DNA of 64,000 bases, from the NCBI RefSeq assembly GCF_006345805.1, contig NW_021829853.1:1-64000 (forward strand), read 5' to 3'. The notes beneath the pieces are model-generated. The model saw only the letters and a program-made list of their open reading frames with translations, did not search any database and was not told the origin of the DNA. Positions 41,000-54,100 of this stretch are shown one piece after another (position 1 is the stretch's first letter; each line of letters starts with the position of its first letter). The stretch comes from Octopus sinensis. Its lineage: Eukaryota. The position numbers were made by a program, and so were the translations under genes.

Positions 41000-41061
41000 G
41001 TATGCATATATATGTATGTGTATGTGTGTATGCTGTATGGTATATATATATTATATATATA

Positions 41062-41101
<40 letters not shown>

Positions 41102-41136
41102 ATGTATATATATGCATGTATGTATAAGTACCCATG

Positions 41137-41172
<36 letters not shown>

Positions 41173-41809
41173 TGTATATATGTGTGTATGTATTATGTAT
41201 ATATGTATGTATGCATGTATGTATGTATGTATGTATGCATGTATGTATGTGTGTGTGTATGTATTCACTCTGCTGTGGCACGTGGATATTGTTCAGGTTA
41301 TCCAAAGCGAGAGGCAAAAGGACAAGTGTTAACGAGAACCGCATAAATCTTCCGCCAGATTTGTTAGATTTAATGACACCTCATGTTTCAAATAGCTTCA
41401 AATTCAATGAATCAACGACACCAAATTATATTTCGTACATCGTTTAATTGCGGATATGTGTATCTAAGTCTACCTATGCATATATGTGTGAGTGTTGAGT
41501 TTGGCTATGTTTACAGATAGCCGTAGCTGGATGAGTGTGTGGTGTGTGTGTGTGTGTATAAATGTGTGTTCGACGCCGACATAAAAGCAAAAGGAGAGTG
41601 GATGCGTCTACCTACGAACCTGTGTGGATGTGCAAAATGCCTGGAAGAGAATCGGCACGGTAAGGGATGCTGGCTGGCGAATTGGCCGAGTGGTTTTAAT
41701 GCCAGACAGAACGCCTCGTGATATTTGTTTCAGTTCTTGACATTCTCAGTTCAAACACTACCGAGAGCAACTTTGCTTTTCCTCTTCCCGGAGTCAATAA
41801 AATAGTTGA

Positions 41810-42460
41810 TTCTCTCTCTCTCTCTCTCCCTCCCGATCTGTCTGTCTGTCTATTTGTCTCTCTCTCTCTCTCTCTCTCCCTCTGTCTGTCTGTCTCTCTC
41901 TCTCTTCCTCTGTCTGTCTGTCTCTCTCTCTCTTCCTCTGTCTGTCTGCCTGTCTCTCTATCTCTCTCTGCCTGTCTATCTGTCTCTCTCGTCTCTCTGT
42001 CTCTCTCGTCTCTCTGTCTCTCTCTCTCCCTCTGCCTGTCTATCTGTCTCTCTCGTCTCTCTGTCTCTCTCTCCCTCTGCCTGTCTATCTGTTTCTCTCG
42101 TCTATCTCTCTTTCTCCCTCTGTCTGTCTCTTTGTCTCTCTGTCTCTCTCCCTCTCTCTCTCCCTCTGTCAGTCTGTCTATTTGTCTGTCTGTCTGTCTC
42201 TCCTTCTGTCTGTTGTCTGTCTGTCTGTCTGTCTGTCTGTCGCTCTCTCTCTCCCTTTGTCTCTCTGTCTATCTGTCTCTTTCTCCCTCTCCCCCTCCTC
42301 TCTCTCTCCCTCTATCTGTCTCTCTGTCTTTCTCACCCTCTGTCAGTCTGTCTATATGTCTCTCTCTCTCTCTCTCCTTCTGTCTGTCTGTCTGTCGCTC
42401 TTTCTCCCTTTGTCTGTCTATTTATCTGTCTCTCTCTCTCCCTCTCCCCACTCTCTCTAC
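41810..42460. repeat. ~650-bp (CT)/(CTGT) polypyrimidine compound microsatellite
   Basis: Directly visible. Confidence 0.95.
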
Positions 42461-42557
42461 GTGACGCCGTAAAAAGAGTTGTAGAACACTATGTCGTCTC
42501 TCCCCCCCCCCCTCCAATGGGCAAAAGTTGAGCGATGAGCGAGAGATCTTTACTCAC

Positions 42558-42623
42558 AGAAAAAGAAATAATATCCCAACAAGAACCGCTGGAAAATGGT
42601 CCGATCTCCACAGCAGCACGGAA
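42558..42623 (-). CDS. Candidate 66-nt internal coding exon of an unidentified host gene
   Basis: ttctttaattaatttcAG acceptor and GTGAGT donor; all three frames open; one gives SVLLWRSDHFPAVLVGILFLF (hydrophobic). Confidence 0.35.
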
Positions 42624-44328
42624 CTGAAATTAATTAAAGAACTGTAACTAGAAGAGTCTAAGTACCGGAGCATTACGTGTATATGCGCGTACCGGCGTGT
42701 ATTTCTAGGCACGTGTGTGCGTATGTGTGTAGTTGTGTACGTCTCTATGTATGTATATGTGTGTGTGCTATCAAGAAACGGGTCATTAGAGATTACCTGT
42801 ACGTTTAAAACCAAAATTGTTAATGTTGTACTCAGGTTAATTAGTCTCTGGAATTCTTCTGCCACCGTGCGTTGCATAAGCCCAAACTCAATCATACATG
42901 CAGTTAAAGTTTTTACTATGTTTTTACTGTGTTTTTACTTGTTTTTTTTTCTAGTTTGTTTTCTAGTTTTACTATATTTTTTCTAGTTTTTTTCTAGTTT
43001 TACTAGTTTTGTACTAGTTTTTTTTTTTCTACTGTAATATTTTTATTTCTCCCATAAAAGAGAATTCCTACCTGGTTACTAGATGGTAATCTGTTGATTT
43101 CTGAACGTTTCCGATATCTAATCAATCCTGGTGTTATCGAAGAAGTAGGCATTAAGAAATAGTGTGAATCAATCCCTCGCAGAATAAGAAAAAAAAAAAG
43201 CAATATATAAATATCAAATTTTTCTTCTCGATAAAACGAAATATGTTAAAGAAGAGTAAAGCATTCCGGAATAAAATATGTGTGGCAGAACAAAAATTCT
43301 AATCATTTAAAATGGAGGAAATGTGCAACAAGCAGCAACAATGTCAGTGCTTACGAAAAACAGCAAACGTGACCGAAGAGGAGAGAATTCTGTAAAAGAA
43401 AATATTCGTAAAGTTTATTTTGTGTTCGTCAAAATAAAACCGAAATTGTTATAGGCCATAAGGCATCTGAAAGAAAACATTGCTTGAAATATGCAGAACA
43501 AGAATTTTCACTAAGCAAGCATACGAAAATTGTGAAAGAGTCGGTTTGCAAAGGTATGACTCTGTGTCTCTTTATCAAGTGTGGATTCACCTGAAATTGG
43601 ATACAGCTCTGACAATTACAAGTGGTTTCCATTTTGTTGAAATTTTCAAGGCTTAAAGGTTTCATCTGTTTTGTATATTGCGTGACTTGTTGAATTCATT
43701 TCTTATCCAAAATTAAGTTTCAAGAGCCAGTCTAGTTCTGCATGTCATGTGACTATGATTCACACCATTTTAAACATATCACTTTCTTTCTTTAGAACGT
43801 TACTCTTTCCTGAAGCCAGTATTTTTTTAACCATTTAAGGTAAACACTTGTGATCTGAAGACGCTGCTGTACCCTGTCTCCGAATGCAGGAATCGATGTC
43901 TCTTCAGGTGATGAAACCAGATCAGTAGAAAGATCGGTGCTGGAGGATTTGTCGGAACCAGGGATCGTTCGATTAGGAATCTTGAACAAGTTACGAAAGA
44001 GAGAAAAGATGCTGCAGAAAACTGTTAGGATCTGGTGAGAAAGCGAAGCATTCGATCTGGCTCAGGCGAGACGACGGGTGGAGCAGTGAGAAGGAACGTT
44101 GAAGGTTATAGAAGAATTTGGCTCAGCCATAGCATCTGGTTCAACAAAACCCCTTTATGTTGCAAAGGCCTTTTGTCGCCTTCATCGGTAGGTGGCGCCA
44201 GGCAGCTCTGGTGTTGCGGCGACGGGGATCAAAATACCTACAGACCTGCTTCGCCGCCTAATGAGATATCTGTCATTCTTGCATCCGGCAATAGAGAACG
44301 GCAGCATCCTTAGCACACAAGAAACCAT

Positions 44329-44400
<72 letters not shown>

Positions 44401-44622
44401 CGGGAAGCTTTATGAAAATAAACAAAAGACGAAGGCAGGTGGAAAACAAACGAACAATTGTATTAGTATGGCGCTCAGGAAATATAAATAAAACATATAT
44501 ATATATATATACGTATTAGTTTAAAATAAGGAGTATGTAGCCGAGTTCACTAAAGGACCTTTTCTGTGGATTATATAAATCCATTTATTGTGCATTAAAT
44601 ATACAGATGTGTGTGTGTGTGT

Positions 44623-44655
<33 letters not shown>

Positions 44656-45629
44656 TGTGCATACATATATATACATATATAAGATTATAATTAAGGGTAT
44701 CTAAAAGATGCCACCATACTAGATATAGCAGCCAAAACTTGACTCTAAAACCACATTAAATGTTCATACAGCGCCTGGACAGAAGTTTGTTTTGTCTCTT
44801 TGTCTTACGCTTGGTCTGAGAATTGACAAGAACAATGAGAATAAGATTATAATCCTTAATCACGCTTATTCCCAAAATTTACTAATTACCCACGTCCTAA
44901 ACTTGCCCGTTTGAGCTAAACTATGGATAATATTAAGTAGATTAGATTGTGAATTAACTCTACACACCAGAAGTTCATCTCTTTAGCATTTCAACTATTT
45001 TTTCAACTCAATGCCCTTTAGATAAGGGTAAGCTTTATTTGACAAGTTTCTGGCGAACCTTTTACTGTTATCACTCATGTTGGCGTAAAGAAACTGAACA
45101 CAGAGGGAACTTGTAAGCGGCCAGTCGATCTGCTAGAAATAACAGCATTCAACTATGTTAAAGAAAGGAAAGAGATCGTTAAATAATCGTAGTTTCAGAT
45201 ACCCATAATATAGGGTGGTCACGGCTAGAATCCCTATGCTCATAGATTTGCTCAATGAAGAGTAACCCGGGCTTAAATATAACAACATCTTGAACATCAA
45301 ACTCTCCTACTTTCTTTTTCCTTATAAACCTAACTTTGTGTTTTAAACTAATTATCGCAGTTAAGTAAGGTGTCTATCGTTAATTGTCATACGATAATTT
45401 TGTTAAGTAGTGGCTGATTGTAATAATCGATGGAAATTACTCTCAAATCATACAATATAAATTATAGCTTAATTTCTTTCTAGATCTATGAATTAATTAC
45501 GTTATTGAAGTGAAGAAAGAGTGGAACTAATGAAGCAAGTCTCTTTACTTCATTATCTCATTTCAATTCAGTGACAACTGATGAAGAATTTCAGAAGTAT
45601 TCCTTCAACTCAGACAGCATTTGATATTC

Positions 45630-46305
45630 TTTTCTACTCTAGGCACAAGGCCCGAAATTTTAGGTGAGGGGACCAGTCGATTAGATCGACTGGTACTTAA
45701 TTTATCGACCCCGACAGGATGAAAGGCAAAGTTGACCTCGGCGGAATTTGAACCCATAACGCAAAGACAGACGAAATACCTATTTCTTTACTACCCACAA
45801 GAGGACAAACAAGGACAGACAAACGGATTAAGTGGATTACATCGACTCCACTACGTAACTGGCACTTATTTAATCGACCCTGAAAGGATGAAAGGCAAAG
45901 TCGACCTCGGCGGAATTTGAACTCAGAACGTAGCAGCAGACGAAATACCGCTAAGCATTTCGCCAGGCGTGCTATCATTTCTTATTTCTGCGTAACTGGT
46001 ACTTATTTAATAGACCCCGACAGGATGAAAGGCAAAGTCGACCTCAGCGGAATTTCAACTCAGAATGTAACGGCAGACGAAATACCTATTTCTTTACTAC
46101 CCTCAAGGGGCTAAACACAGAGGGAACAAACAAGGACAGACAGACGGATTAAGTCGATTACATCGACCCCAGTGCGCAACTGCTACTTAATTTATCGACC
46201 CTGAAAGGATGAAAGGCAAAGTCGACCTCGGCGGAATTTGAACTCAGAACGTAACGGCAGAGTATTTCGTCCGGCGCGCTAACGATTCTGCCAGCTCACC
46301 GCCTT
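45630..46305 (-). mobile_element. Tandem cluster of ~4 partial/full OK/OR-like SINE units
   Basis: SINE core repeated four times; GAAATAG|GTATTTC junctions at 45779/45780 and 46085/46086. Confidence 0.85.
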
Positions 46306-46479
46306 AGAGCATTTCAACGAGTTTAGAGAGAATGAGTTCACTTAACGCTACACCTTATTCCAGTCAGGGCAGAAGAGAAGGTCCAGCGAGCTGGTAAATA
46401 TTATTTCAACATGAAACATTCTTTATGCATAGTTCATTTCAATGAAATATCAACCAGCATCTTGTTCGATTTGTACCCC

Positions 46480-46630
46480 CATCGAAGACAATTTGGATCG
46501 TGTTGATCAATCCTGCAAGAAAAAGGTGGTCTCTCGGGATGAATTTTCACAATTCATCGCATAATTTGGTCAGACACGGCAACATTTCATGTGAATGTAG
46601 ACACCAATCGACACAAATGTGTGTTTTAAA
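46480..46630 (+). mobile_element. Short Tc1/mariner-superfamily transposase relic
   Basis: IIWSDTATFHVNVDTNRHKCVF resembles the WSDEATFH..G..NRHNC motif. Confidence 0.55.
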
Positions 46631-48107
46631 TTGCAAATAATTCTCGTGAAACTTTAAACAAATAATCTGGATATTCTTGGAATATGTTTTTCAGTTTCAA
46701 TTTGCATTTCCAGTGTTCTTCATGTCCAGATGTTAGCAGATAGTTTATGGTCTGGTCTTAAATTTCCTGAAGATTCCCATTTTCCTAATTTCTTCTCGAA
46801 AATAAAAAAAAATTGTGAGTTTCAATCATTAGCGAATTAACTAAATTTATATCTTGTTTTGGGATTTGGTTTGCAAGATTCTTTAAATGAGTTCGTGTGT
46901 TGAAGCATATTCTGTTGTGTCTGGGGTGGGTCATTTTCTTTTTGTGCCTTATAATGAAAAGGTTGCAAGACGCAACGAAAATTTAAGGAAAATAAAAATA
47001 AAAAATAAGTGGAAATTTTACCGGTGAGTGTGTTAAATTATAAGGCACTAAAAGAGAATGGCTCTCCCCAGACAAAATAGAATAAATTTATATCTAAAAG
47101 CTTGTTAATCAGCCCCAAGGCTGCAAATCTGTTTGGTAATATAACGATCATGTTTTGAACATTTGATTCGATTATAGAAGCTTTTGATGTTTTTTATTTA
47201 ATAAAAACCTAGTTTTTTTTTTATGAAAGTGTTCTCCATTAGTTCTTGTTAGTATTTGCTATCTGATGACTATTTCTGGTGGATTTTGCATATTGCGTAC
47301 ATCCACGTAGACGGAGAGTTTAGAAAGAGAACACACCTCGTATAACTATTTTGTAAAAAAATTTATTATTTCTTTCTGCGATTATTTGTTTTCGTCTGAG
47401 AGGTCGTTTCCTTTACTATAATCACAATTTCAATTTTCCTTTAGTTTCCAAATTCACTGACATTATAAAAAATAAACTCCAATTTACAGACGTTAGTCTA
47501 TAATTTGGTTTCCAGTTCTATATTAGAAATCAGTAATGTCTTCTCAGAGACCTACGTTAAATATTTCCAGTTTGATCAGCGTCTTAAGATTCAATGAAAT
47601 TTACCAATCATAAACTTTACACTGACATCACGAAATATCATTAGCCTAGCGTGAGCAGATCGTGACTGTATTGGTAGACTTGAATATTATTTTTTTATAA
47701 AAATAACTATGATGAGGTTAAGTAACAGGAAACAACGTTTATATTTCGAAAAGGAAATGTGAAAGTCGAATCAGTACGACAAAATACGACAATGGCGAAT
47801 ACTCAACATGACGCCATGATGAAGATTATGAAAAAGGATAAGTATTTTATTATAAACATATATTTGTCAGAAATTTAAGATCAAAATGTGGTATAGAATT
47901 TCCTGATGAGAGTTGAAATAGGCATTTATTGCTGGTCGCTGAAACCAGAAGCAAAGTTGATTGTGGAATCAAAGGCCTAAATTCAGAACCTAAAATAAGT
48001 CATCGGATAAACCACAAATTAATATCAGACTCCAACATGAAAGCTTATAAACATATAAACATCTAAACCTACAAACATACGGGAGTCAATCAGATAATGT
48101 TAAAAAT

Positions 48108-48893
48108 CTTCTTCTTCTTAATCCTTTTTGCTCCTTGTGGAGCATAAGGCCCCAACAGTTGTTTTCCACTTTTTGCGGTCATTGGCATGTTTCTTGGCTG
48201 CTTCCCATATCGTCCAAAATGCTCCGCTTCCATGTCTGCTTCGAGCGTCCTCGCTTCCTTTTCCCCTGCGGGTTCCAGTCAAGTGCTTGTTGTGTCACAT
48301 TTGAGGGTTCTTTCCGCAGTGTCTGTCCGATCCATCTCCATTTCCTTCATCTAATCTGAACATGTATGGGTTCTTGTTTGGCCCTTTCCCACAGGTCGGT
48401 GTTTGAGACTCTGTCGAACCACTTCAGATGGAGGATCTGCCAGATACATTTGTTGATGAAGGTCTGGATCTTCTTGTAGCTGTTGGAGGTGGCTCTCCAT
48501 GTTTTAGAGCCATACAAAAGCACAGATTTTACGTTTGAACTAAATAAGCGGAGTTTAGTTCGAGTTGAGATGGCAGTGGATCTCAGATGATCTCGCGCTA
48601 CTGTCAAATCGCCTGCAAGACATACAAGATAAGGTAGACCACCTGACAGAAACTTCACGGCGAGTGGGCTTGAGGATCAGCCGGGAAAAGCCAAAAGTGC
48701 TGCGTATCAACAACAAGCAGGAAGAGCCAATCACAATCGAGGGGGAACCTGTGGAGGATGTTAGTGAGTTTGTCTATCTTGGCAGCAAGATCAGCAAATC
48801 AGGTGGATCAGACGAGGACATCACGGCAAGAAGCAAGAAGGCTTGGCAAGCCTTCGCTATTCTTCGGCCGGTATGGAAGTCCACTGCCGTCTC
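48108..48893. mobile_element. RTE-clade LINE, 5'-truncated and 5'-inverted (twin priming), 12-bp TSD
   Basis: Minus 48108-48583 encodes ORF end and (GAA)n tail; plus 48584-48893 encodes DDLALL...FVYLGS; TSD AATGTTA[A/G]AAAT at 48096-48107 and 48894-48905. Confidence 0.85.
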
Positions 48894-49569
48894 AATGTTA
48901 GAAATGCAACCAACAGCTTAAGGAACAGATAATCTAACACTACCTGGAAATATAAAAAACCGAATAGTTTACTCCTTGGTTATCATTTCCAACTTAACCA
49001 CCCATAATCCGATTGCACTGTAACGAAATTCAGTTTCAAAAATATCAATGATTTCCTTGTTCAATCAACCATGAATAACACTTATATAGAATATGCTAAA
49101 AAAAATAAATACAAATAACATAAATTAAACTAATCAACTTAGATGCTCTCCATACATTGCCGTATATGTGGAAGATATTGAGAAGCAACTAGTTATGTCC
49201 AAACAATAATATATACTGACCATTCGTAAACATTTAATGTCCAGATACACACACATTCAAAATCAGAGGTGATTAGTGATCGAATCACAACCAAAAGTGA
49301 ACTCACCCAACTCGAATATCCTTAATAACAAATAACGTGAAATCGAATTACCAAATAAATAACTTAATACCCATAACCGAACTAACATTTCTATTGTACA
49401 TACCAAGGTCTATTCCCCATTTTTAGGGGGGGGTAGCCACAACAAGACACACACCTGACATTCCATTCATTTTCCCAGCTCAAAAAGGTGAGCCCAGTTC
49501 TATGCTCCGGTCAAGGCATAGAACGCAACCCCCAATGTCAGCAGCGGTGCCCGACAACATATGCTGGCT

Positions 49570-50295
49570 TACCCCTACCGCATCATATTAGTTCTGTACT
49601 CCTTTGAGCAACATCAAATTCACTCATCCATCCACAAACACTCTCTAATTTTTCCTATCATTTATAATCTCTCTTGCCTCTCTCACTGCAACACCTCTAA
49701 CCACCAAAGCTTTCCTCACTCCATCCATCCACATAAACCGAGGTTTGCCTCTGGTTCTGCTGCCTAACACTTCTGCCTTCATCACCCTCCTTCACCATCC
49801 ACTCCTCATCCATCCTCTCCATGTTGCCAAACCACCTCAACATTCGTCTATCCAATTTGGTTGTTAGTTTTTCTCTCATTCCTACTCGTCTTTGCACCTC
49901 CTCATTCCACAGTCTATCCATCCGTGTCACACCACCCATAGCCTTCAAACATCTTATCTCAAACGTCTCTGCACCATATAACATTGTCGGCACAATCACG
50001 CCCTGATACACACCTCCTTTCGCTTTCATACTCAATCTTTTATCCCTCAGAATACCTTTCACAACTCCAAGTTTCTTACTCCCCTCCCTCACTTTATATC
50101 CCACCTCCTCACCCATCCCCCCCCCTCTACCGTTATGTGTGATCCCAGATACATAAAAAACACTCACCTCCTCTAACATTTCACCATTTATACTCACATC
50201 CATCCTACCAGCCATTCCATCTCATCACCTTACTCTTAGCTACATTCACTTTCAGTTTCCTCCTCTCACACACTCTTCCAAACTCTACCACCAGT
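49570..50295 (-). mobile_element. RTE-clade LINE RT C-terminal fragment, degenerate
   Basis: LKVNVAKSKVM...VIVPTMLYGAET...LRWFGNMERM. Confidence 0.8.
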
Positions 50296-51029
50296 CTCCT
50301 GCCTGGCTTGAGAGGCGACTAAAAGGGGCAAGAGCGAAGGGATTCGGAATCTTCTCTTCCTAGTAAATTCATATTCCTAAAAAGAGGGCAAGAAATTAAC
50401 ATTACTCACCGGAAAAGTTTTTTTTTTCTGATTGTTTATCTCCTGGATGTGCTGCGGCCAAAAGAGGCCGGACTAACCTGAATACAGTGGAAGTAGCAGT
50501 AATCAACCAATGAGAAGCGTCGAGACAAAACATATATTAACCATCCAAGAACATTCTTTTTCACCTTGACCCACACACAGTCTCTCTTCGACCGTAAAGA
50601 CGCTCCTTAGCGAATTCTATAATTTTATAATTTCACGCATATCTAAGCACTCACTTTATTATTCCTAACATCTTAATTTACCTTCTAGTTTTCAATCAAA
50701 ATTGTTTCTTATTCTTTGAAAATTATTGTTACCTAAGTTCCGAATACGGTGAAATTTCTTAATCTTTTAGCTCCAAAACTCTTTTGGTATAATCATTTCC
50801 TTCAAAATACCTTGCGTTCTCATTCCATGTTCGTTATATCATACCAAACTGAATTCATCAATCTTATTGCACAAATTGGTAATCCAGGACCTATTGCATA
50901 TTTCCATCGTAACGTCGTGGTAATTAACTTTACTGTTCTTCTTACCATTTCTGCCGGTTTCTGAATTCCTGAGATATATTTTATGTATTATATAATCAAA
51001 AAATTCAAATATATAAATATACAGGCACA

Positions 51030-51131
51030 GGAGTGACTGTGTGGTAAGTAGCTTGCTTACCAATTACATAGTTCTGGGTTCAATCCCACTGTGTGGCACC
51101 TTGGGCAAGTGTCTTCCACTATAGCCTTGGG
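51030..51131 (+). mobile_element. SINE (second family), 5' half; interrupted by the hAT element
   Basis: Continues at 54299-54600. Confidence 0.85.
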
Positions 51132-54100
51132 CAATAGTGGATCTACAATATTGGCGCTCTGAAGCTTAAAATGTTATGGGGGCCCCAGCAACTGAAGGGT
51201 AACATCCAAGGGTCACAGAATTTTTGCGCCCTTGGAAGGAACTCTAGTTTGAGGATCTGATAGCCCAAATGGTGGAGTTGTGATATGGAGTCCTTAAAAA
51301 TGAGTCTGAAAGTGAGCCTTCTTTCCACCAGAAACGAAGTGTGGGTAATCACCGATATCTTTACTTTCTGAGTTCAAATTCCGCCAAAGTCGACTTTGCC
51401 TTTCATCGTTTTGGGGTCAATAAATTATGTACCAGTTGCGTACTTGGGTCGATCTAATCGACTGGTCTCCTCCCCAAAAATTTCGGGCCTTGTGACTAGA
51501 GTAGAAAAAATATTAGGGGATACTTCAATAACTGTTACTCTGTGCATTGCATTTTTGATGGTGTGTTTTCTTCTGTGTTCTGGGATTTCCTGTGGTGTAG
51601 ATACTCTTTGAACTGATAACTCATTTATTAATTTGTGGTGAATATCATCTTTGTAATCCGATATTATAAGTTCGATACTGTCCTCATCAAGTTCTGAATT
51701 GTTCATCAATTCTGAGAGAAACTTGAACCTTTTTGCAATCTGCTCATATGGGTCCATCCTCTTGCTTAACTGGATTATCAAGCATTCATAGACTTGATTT
51801 AGAATTTCTATCCTAAATTTGTCAGCCCCTTTTATAGAAGCCCTATCACTTGTTCCATCTGCAAATTTCTTTGTAACAATGCGTTTGGAAACATCAAAAT
51901 AATTTGAGAAGATATATTCACATAAACCTTTTGCTACTGATTCACAACGTGCAATCCTGTCGGCTGAATTTTCTCGTAGTTCTTTAACAAATGAAAGCAA
52001 AGATGCTAACAGAAGGTAACCTTCAAATACATTAAAACCAGGGGTTTGGAGTTTCTTACTTGCTTTGTTAAAACACTCCGTAACTCCTTCCCAAACAACT
52101 GTTAAAACAGCATATACCACTTTTACCAATTTGTGGTATAAAAAATTCTTTGCATTTTGCTTACATTCAGGGTTCTTTCTGAGTCTTCAAACATGTTTGA
52201 GAGTTTGTAAAATATCCCTATGTCCATTTTTAATTGCTTGGACTGCTTCACAGTGTGAAGATCATCTAGTTACACTTAAGCTCTTTAGAGAAAAGGCTAG
52301 ATTGCCCTGTGTGTTCAAAACCCCCCATCTTCGAGGAGATTCAGAAAAGAAAACCTACAGATGCTGCAAGATGCCAAAATAGTCAACAACTTCAGGTACA
52401 ATAAACACTGCCTTTTACCAAACAAGTTTGAGTGAATGGTTTCCACATGGTACATAGTCTGCGTAGTTGTTAATGTTTTATAAGAAGTGCTTGCAGCCCT
52501 TTCTCTGAGCCCTTCATGTTGGAAGCATTATCGTACGACTGACCATGTACATTTTCAAGTGAAATGTCATGCTTCCCCAGAAATTGTTTTATTTTGTTGA
52601 ACAAGGTCGTGGATGAATGTTTTTCTATTGACAAAAATGCTAAAAATCTCTCACGGGGTTTTCCATTATAACAGTATCGAATCACAATTACCAGCTGGTC
52701 AACATGTGCCATGTTAGGTGGAGAGTCAACAATAATTGAGTAGTATTTGATGTCTAGGTTGTTGATCTGATTCACCACTTCATCTCTCACTTGTTTTCCC
52801 ATAATTTCTATCAATTCTTCATACACAGATTTGGATAGGTAAGTAATATTTACTTTTTCATTTTTTTTTACATTTCTCTAAATGTTCATGTAAAAATAGG
52901 TCAAACTCCGCAATAAGCTCAATGGTCCCCCCATGAAATTTCCATTGTTTGGGGAGCCCCACTTTTCCTCATGACCTCTAAATACTAAATCTCTTCTACT
53001 TAAAACTTTATAACTGCTACAATTCTTTTTAGTACTTCAAAATAGTACTGCATGTTTTTTCCCCAACTCTTCCTCAAGTTGTTGATCCACAGTGTTTTTA
53101 TTTGACTCTCATGTTATCCAACTCGACATTACCCTTTTATGTTCCATGCTGTCTTCATGATTTTCTAGAGTTCTGAATATATTCATCCAATCAGAAAACC
53201 CCCCCGTTGTCAGTGATATTTGGCATTTAGAAAAGAGTTTGCTCTTTGAGTAAACTAACCAGGATCTCATTACAGTCTGACAATTTTTTCAATCTTTTTT
53301 TCAAGGTGCTTTTTTGAGAAACTTCGATTTTGCTGTTTGTAAATCTTGTTGGATTTAGTTTATATATTATCTGGTTTCAAAAAAAAAAGCTGATGTTTTG
53401 TATTAAACAGTTTTTGTATGAAATCATTATCAATTGTTACGGGCCAGTTTGCCAGGTCACTGTATTCTTTGCAATCACTAAATTTCCTTCTTGATTCCTG
53501 TTTCCTCTTTTCTTGAAGTCCTTGACCACCGTGATCATCATCAGCACCAGAAGTTTCAACAGTAGCTTGATTATTGCTAAACAGAACACTCATGCTTTGT
53601 GCCCTGTCATTGACTTCACTGGTGCTTGCATGGCTTTGTTTCACTTGCAGGTGATGACAAACTTTTACTTGACATTGTAAATTAATTTGATAGTTTTTCA
53701 CATTTAGAAATTTCGTTAGATTGCTTTTCTTTGAGTTGGCGTTTCTGGTATCCGCTTAAGTACTTTCTTGAAGACATTGCTATTCCTCTTGGGACCTAGA
53801 ACTCTAGGAAAAAAAATTGTGGGCAATATTTTCATTAGCCACAGTGAGACAGAGATCGATCAAGATAAGCGTCCACAACTTAATATAAAGTAATAAATGA
53901 AGAAGTGTTCATTTTGTACAAGGTGACATTCAAACAATTTTTAAAATAGAAAAAAATGCTTCGTTACTCCAAAATTAGGAAGCAAACCCTCTCATTGGTC
54001 ATTAAATAATGGTGTGAAAATAAGAATTCTTATCTCTGCTGTGCTGATGTAGTAGCAGACATATTTGACATATTTGACAATGATGTAGCAGCAAACGTAT

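Noticed and set aside
41718-42531. 240-250-aa Leu/Ser-rich ORFs
   Set aside because: Translation of the CT-rich microsatellite.
45630-46305. Repeat-spacer-like array (CRISPR-like look)
   Set aside because: Units are partial SINE copies, not short repeats with unique spacers; eukaryotic context, no cas genes.
47903-47918. CTGATGA-GAGTT-GAAA
   Set aside because: Only 5 nt between core halves and no stem I or III pairing.
51425-53701. Domesticated ZMYM-like host gene
   Set aside because: Multiple stops/frameshifts, a SINE insertion, and retained TIRs/TSD indicate a dead transposon.
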